Shown here: positions 58,681 to 64,000 of the stretch, in pieces
Position numbering within the stretch: the stretch's first letter is position 1
How the letters are laid out: each line of letters starts with the position of its first letter
Made by a program: the position numbers and the translations under genes
Assembly: GCA_965113315.1 (NCBI GenBank)
Contig: OZ220373.1
DNA: 64,000 bases
Reading direction: 5' to 3' (one strand)
Origin: Podarcis vaucheri
Taxonomy: Eukaryota
The notes under the pieces: model-generated
Seen by the model: only the letters and a program-made list of their open reading frames with translations
Database searches by the model: none
What the model was told of the DNA's origin: nothing

Positions 58681-59704
58681 GTAAGTAAAACATACTTTTT
58701 AATTGTGCATAAGTAAAAACATAAAACAATCAAAAGGACTTAAAAACTAAAGAGCACAAGACCAAACAACCAAATTTAGATTTGAGTTTGTCATTTCAAG
58801 ACCACCTGTTCACATGCATGTCAGCCATAGTTGTTCATTCATAAGCCTTTCCAGAATATAGTTGGGAAAGGTGGTATAAAACTGAATCTGCCTCATTGCT
58901 TGAGTTAGCATGGAGTTAATGATGTAGCTTTGAATGGCCTAATGTCAAATAGGTACGATGACACCCATCAGGTGTTTGGTAAATCTGTGGTATCAAATAA
59001 TGACTCCATTAGGGATTGTGCCAAGCATTTTGTTCCCCAAAAGGTCATGTCAATCCTTCTCTGGCTAAAGGAGCACATGTCTGCTTTTTGCCAAGCACTA
59101 CTGTAGATTCCAAAATACTCCATCACATTATATATTCGGTGGGTTACATGCATAGGAATGGAATCATTAGGAGTTATACATTGCTTGCATAGAATATTTG
59201 CTGTGCCTTGATACTGCAAGCAGCGCAGTAGTAGCAAAACATCCTTTTATACAGCATGGAGACAAGGGTTGGTTATCTCACATCTTTGTGTAGTTTACAC
59301 CAACAGAGGCCTACTCTACTCCCATCTCCCCCAAGCAGAATCCCCCTGTCTGTCACCAGTGCTATATTGCAAATTTATATCTTGCAACATGGCTGAACGT
59401 AAGAGGATTGGATGGTGATGTACTGCATGTTTTCAGGATTGTAGCCTGTTTGGTTCTAAATTGTACTAGAAATTAGAATACATGAAAATTCTGTGAACCA
59501 CCCTGAGATCTTCAGTTGACGGGGGGTTTACAAATGTAATCAGTAGAATTAAAAAATCTACAAACCACATTGTGGATGAGAAAAACGATGTAAACATATT
59601 TAAAATGTAAACGGCATGTAGGATCCAAGCTGAAGAACATTTTCATTTGCAAAATATGTTGACAACAGAGTGAACCTTTTCATTCATTTTTTTTTAAAAA
59701 ACAG

Positions 59705-59737
59705 ATCTTAAAGAACCGTTGTCTGAAAGGCAATTTG
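59705..59737 (+). CDS. MALT1: MALT1 exon 9 (33 nt)
   Basis: aaacag|AT...TTTG|gtgagt. DLKEPLSERQF (human DNKEQTTDQPL). Confidence 0.85.
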
Positions 59738-59782
59738 GTGAGTAATTAAATTCTTCTTTAGAAACCTGGCTATAATCTAGAG

Positions 59783-59894
59783 CAGCCTTCCCCAGTCTGG
59801 TGCTTGCCAGAGGTTCTGGACTATAACTCCCATAATATCTAACTCTGGCCATGCTGGCTGGCTGGTCTAGAGAGGACTAGATTGGGGGAGGCTG
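59783..59894. mobile_element. Degenerate hAT MITE related to 17431-17566
   Basis: Ends CAGCCTTCCC / GGGGAGGCTG, actataactcccat core, TCTAG target site. Confidence 0.55.
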
Positions 59895-62800
59895 ATCTCT
59901 CGGTTTTCAGTACTTTGTACTCCATTTGGGTAACACTTCCACTTTTTTATTTGAAAGAAAAGATTTACTTGGGATAGAAAGTTTTGTGAACCAAAAAAGA
60001 AAAAAAATGCTGTATGGTATAATATTTCTTCTTGAATTCCCCTTCTGTACTGAGTAGGTGGTACAACCCCCCCCCCCCCAGGCCTTCATGTTTAATAAAT
60101 ATCTGTTGTACTCTAACCAAAATCTATTAGCATTGTTTGGTTTTTGTGGTAGTACATGAAGCATTAGGTCCTCTGTGCTTTGGATTGCACACACCCATTT
60201 TGCACTCTATGTGGGAGCTTGCTTAATAGTAGTAAATTCTTCTCCACAGATGTTATTAAATGACCAGTTAAAATAGTGTTGCCCCGCTGAGAAATACATG
60301 TGGGTCTTTTGTTGGTGCTTTCATAATTCTTTGAAAATTGGGAGAGAGAAAAAGACCTGTAAAATTGTGAGGAGTCTCAAATGGGGCTTAAATACATCAG
60401 TGGGTTTTCACTGCTTTGTTTTAATTGTAGAGCTCCTAATGGCTAAATTAAGCAATGTCTCTTCAGTTTCTTTGCAGGCAAGGTTAATTTCTTGCTTCGT
60501 TGCCCAACGTGAGATTTGGCTTCCTGTAGAGGGTGTTTGAACCCCTCCTGGGAAAGTTTCGACTGGAATTAGATTGTTTTCTTGGCATAGAACTTTCTCG
60601 ATAAAAGAGATTAAAGTATAGACCTGTACAACAAAAGGTCAGCTAATTCTGTTAGCACAGCAAAATGCAAACCATTTGCGTGATGACAGCGTTTCCATGC
60701 TGCATGAGAAAGGTCATTGCGGTGGGGAAGTATATTACGCTTGCTGCTGGACTGCTCCAGTTAAGCTGTACAAATTTATCTCTTGTGATGGAATGAAGTT
60801 GCCTAGACTTGCTACTACTGATTGAGTATTAGTACCTCATCAGATTTTCTGGGCATTGGTTCTGCAGGGACCATCCAGCAGCAACCTATGATTGACATTT
60901 TCAGTACTGGACAAGGCATTTAGGGCTCATCTATGCTTAGCTTTTGCCCCATGCTTTCTGGTCACAGGTATGTGCTTTAAAGCTCTGTATTCAAGCTCTC
61001 TTTTTTGGGTCCCGGCACTTTCCCCACAGAAACATGCTCTTTAATGCTGCACACAGATTACTCCTTACTTATTCCACAGTCTAACAGTTAATGCATCACT
61101 TCAGGGTGGTAAGGTTATGTACCACATCCAATGAGGTTAATCCAAAGCGTGATTGTTGCTGAATCCATAGATTGTCATTTGCTCCAATTCAGCAGTAAGG
61201 AGCTTGTTTTTGCACAGAAAGCTCTGGGGCAAGAAAAGTGTGGACTTGTGCCTAGAAGTGTAGCGCAAAAGGATAAGCCTGACTTTGATCTGGAAGAAAG
61301 GTGACCAGAACGCCTGCAGGGCAACTGTGTTCCCTTCCCTCTCCTTTGCCCCCCACCCCTTAGGCTCTAATCAAAGATGATAGCTGCGTGGTGGGGAGAG
61401 ACAGCTGTTGTAATTACATGGTTTAGGGGCAGGGAGAGAGAACACTAGGACACCGTGGGGAAAATGTTCCAACCTACTCTCCTCTAGTTTACGATAGATA
61501 ACTCCCTCCCCCTTTGTGCGCCCTTCACCCAGAGACATATTTATGGGAGGGCAAATGGGGCAAATGTCCAAGGTGGTTAATTTTAAGGAGTGGCGTTTGC
61601 AACACTAGCAAGACTCTGAGCTTTCATTTAAGAAAAAAAAGTTCACAAGGCTACATGCTATCCCCTATCCCCCTGCAACTTCTGTGAAATGAGCTAGCCT
61701 AACTTGACTGCTCTACGCCACTGACAAACAGTGAAGTCAGAGCTGTGAGTTGAAGGCCTTTGTGCAGGAGAGAAAGTGGAGCAGCCACAGTTAAATAGTT
61801 TCTCAGCGGCAGTAGGCTCAAATCTCTTCTTCTCAGGGGCAGTAGACTCTACAAATATACCTCTGCCTCCACCACAAATGGTAGAGTTACATATGACAGA
61901 GGGGGAGAATACGTAGACCAGTATACCACAATCTAGCGTAGAGATGGAACATAGGCAATACACACGCTGTGCACAGAACCATGGTTCCATTGGTGATTTC
62001 CCTCTTCAGCGCATCAGAAAAATGATATATGGGACAGAAATTGCATGTCGAGATTTTCTGTTCCTTTCAGAGGTAGTACTGTAGAAAACTACATCATCTT
62101 ACTGGTAAAGGTTTATATGGAATAGATTCAGGTTTTGAATTGTATATGATCAGGTCAGTGCACTGGAATCTACTCTACTGAATGTCTGCCAACATAGCTA
62201 AGAAAACTGAATTTGAAAACACAAGGGCTTTTTACTTTCTAGGCAAAGTGGAGCTTAGAATTTGGAGTTTGTGTTCTAAGTTTCAGGAAGCAATGAAAGA
62301 ACAAATGCATAATGTATTCAACTAACTTTTACTCAGAATTTAATGGCCATAACTAATTAGGTCAATTGATTTTAATAGGCATACTTTGACTAAAAGTTAG
62401 TTTTGAATTCTCAAATTGAAGCAATTATTTTTGCTGTCTTCTGCTTATAAGAAGACAGGCAGTCTGCAGATTGTTTCACTAATTTACAGTTTCTCATGGG
62501 ATAAGAACAGCTCAAAGATACTTTGCTGTCAGTGTAAATAGACCTGTATTAATGACTCTGTGTTGTACCAACCCATTAAACAAGTGGTCATTGAAACCTT
62601 GAGAGTGTGCAGTCATTTGTAACTGTCTCTCTAAAATGGCTTTCATTGTGATAGAGCTTGGCAGATTGTATTTCATCTATAAATGATCTGTTTATTTCTA
62701 AAGCTACAAGTATAAACAGTAAATTAAGTCCAAGTTAAAGAGATCAGCTCATGATAGTTCCAGGAAATATGTCAAATCTTATTATGATAAATAAGGTATG

Positions 62801-63386
62801 TGGTTCTTTTAAAAAGCATTTATTTCAAACTGACTAGATAAATATACAATGTTAAAGGAGCTATCAGTACCTAATATTCTCAGTTCTGATAACTTGGCAA
62901 ACCATGGTAGAATATGCTTAACAATGGTGTCGTATGCTGTCTCAATTGGTACACCATGGTTTGTGATTTGCCAAACCATGATTTGAAGTGGGTTGTAAAC
63001 TAAAGATTGTGCTACCTATGCTATGGCATAGTGTCTGAATTGACAATTCATTGCTTCACCTCCTGGAGCCATTAGACCTAAAGAGTGCTAAGCACATTTA
63101 AATCATGGTTTGCCTATACACGTGGAAGTTTAAGCCATGATTTGGGTAATAAACTATGGTTAGCAGAAGCAGTGACTATGGTGACTTAGTTTAGACTCCT
63201 TGCCCTCCACCACTCTGGAATATCCCATTATAAGACAGAGCAAACCCTTACACCTTTTCAACATGGGGAGTACTCAACGTGTAAGAGATGATAATAATAA
63301 TATTGACTGTGGAGCATCCTGTGGCCCAACTCTGAAAATGCTGTCCTACAAAAATTCTGTCATGTTTTTTGCTTTTGCTTTTGCAG

Positions 63387-63590
63387 CGGTAGACAAAGTA
63401 GCGCTGCTGATGGGAAACATGAGCTATTATAATCATCCCAAGCTCAAGGCTCCGTTAGTGGATGTTTATGAGCTGACCAACTTGCTGAGGCAACTGGACT
63501 TCAAAGTGGTTTCTTTGCTGGATCTTACTGAACCTGAGATGCGGAATGCAGTAGATGAGTTCTTATTGCTGCTAGACAAAGGAGTATACG
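63387..63590 (+). CDS. MALT1: MALT1 exon 10 (start of the paracaspase domain); the gene continues beyond the window
   Basis: ttgcag|CG...TACG|gtaaga. VDKVALLMGNMSYYNHPKLKAPLVDVYELTNLLRQLDFKVVSLLDLTEPEMRNAVDEFLLLLDKGVY, nearly identical to human. Confidence 0.97.
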
Positions 63591-64000
63591 GTAAGAACTA
63601 GTAGCATGACAGCCTGTCAAATTGATTGTCAGAATGTACCTTTTAAATATTTCCATTTCCAAATTACCTTGTCCTATGCTCTTAGTAGACCCAGGCCCCT
63701 CGTACATTATGTAACCATTATATAATTTTTGGTGCCTGAAAACTGGAAAATGCAACATCCATTAATTTTAGATGCACTCCAAGATAGACAGAAAGATATG
63801 TTATGTTAAACTAGAACATTATTGAGACCAAACATAAGAATCTGCCATAAACTGTCTTAATAACACCAAATATTTATTTTTCATGAAAAATTATTATTGT
63901 GGGGCCAAGCAGTAGTTTAAATTGGCAACAGGTGTCAGATGAAGTTACAGCAACAAGGGGAAGTTACTGAATATTTTCTTACTTACTTACTTAATTTCTA

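Overview
Squamate (probably lacertid lizard) genomic DNA, judged from the Sauria-type and tRNA/CR1-tailed SINEs, BovB, CR1/L2/L1, Penelope and the hAT and Tc1-mariner MITEs. It holds two head-to-head genes in the arrangement known from human 18q21. ALPK2 is on the minus strand (first three coding exons, 13567-17141). MALT1 is on the plus strand (CpG-island promoter and coding exons 1-10, 34018-63590, all in frame with GT-AG junctions). The most striking element is a 4.6-kb defective endogenous retrovirus in MALT1 intron 1 (35904-40504), in sense orientation. It has two apparently identical 325-bp LTRs, a 6-bp TSD, an elongator tRNA-Met PBS, betaretrovirus-type gag and RT remnants, and a CX6CC-type env. 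A nested 399-bp solo LTR cuts the env just before its membrane anchor, so the ORF now predicts an anchorless ectodomain. The provirus adds three splice donors, a strong acceptor and two poly(A) signals to the MALT1 pre-mRNA. Other points of interest: a young 5'-truncated L1 whose open ORF2 lies in frame with a cryptic acceptor in the ALPK2 intron, Trp in place of the human MALT1 R149 self-cleavage residue, hairpins around alternative exon 7, and several hairpin-rich or foldback MITEs. All family assignments come from recognising motifs by eye; no database search was run.
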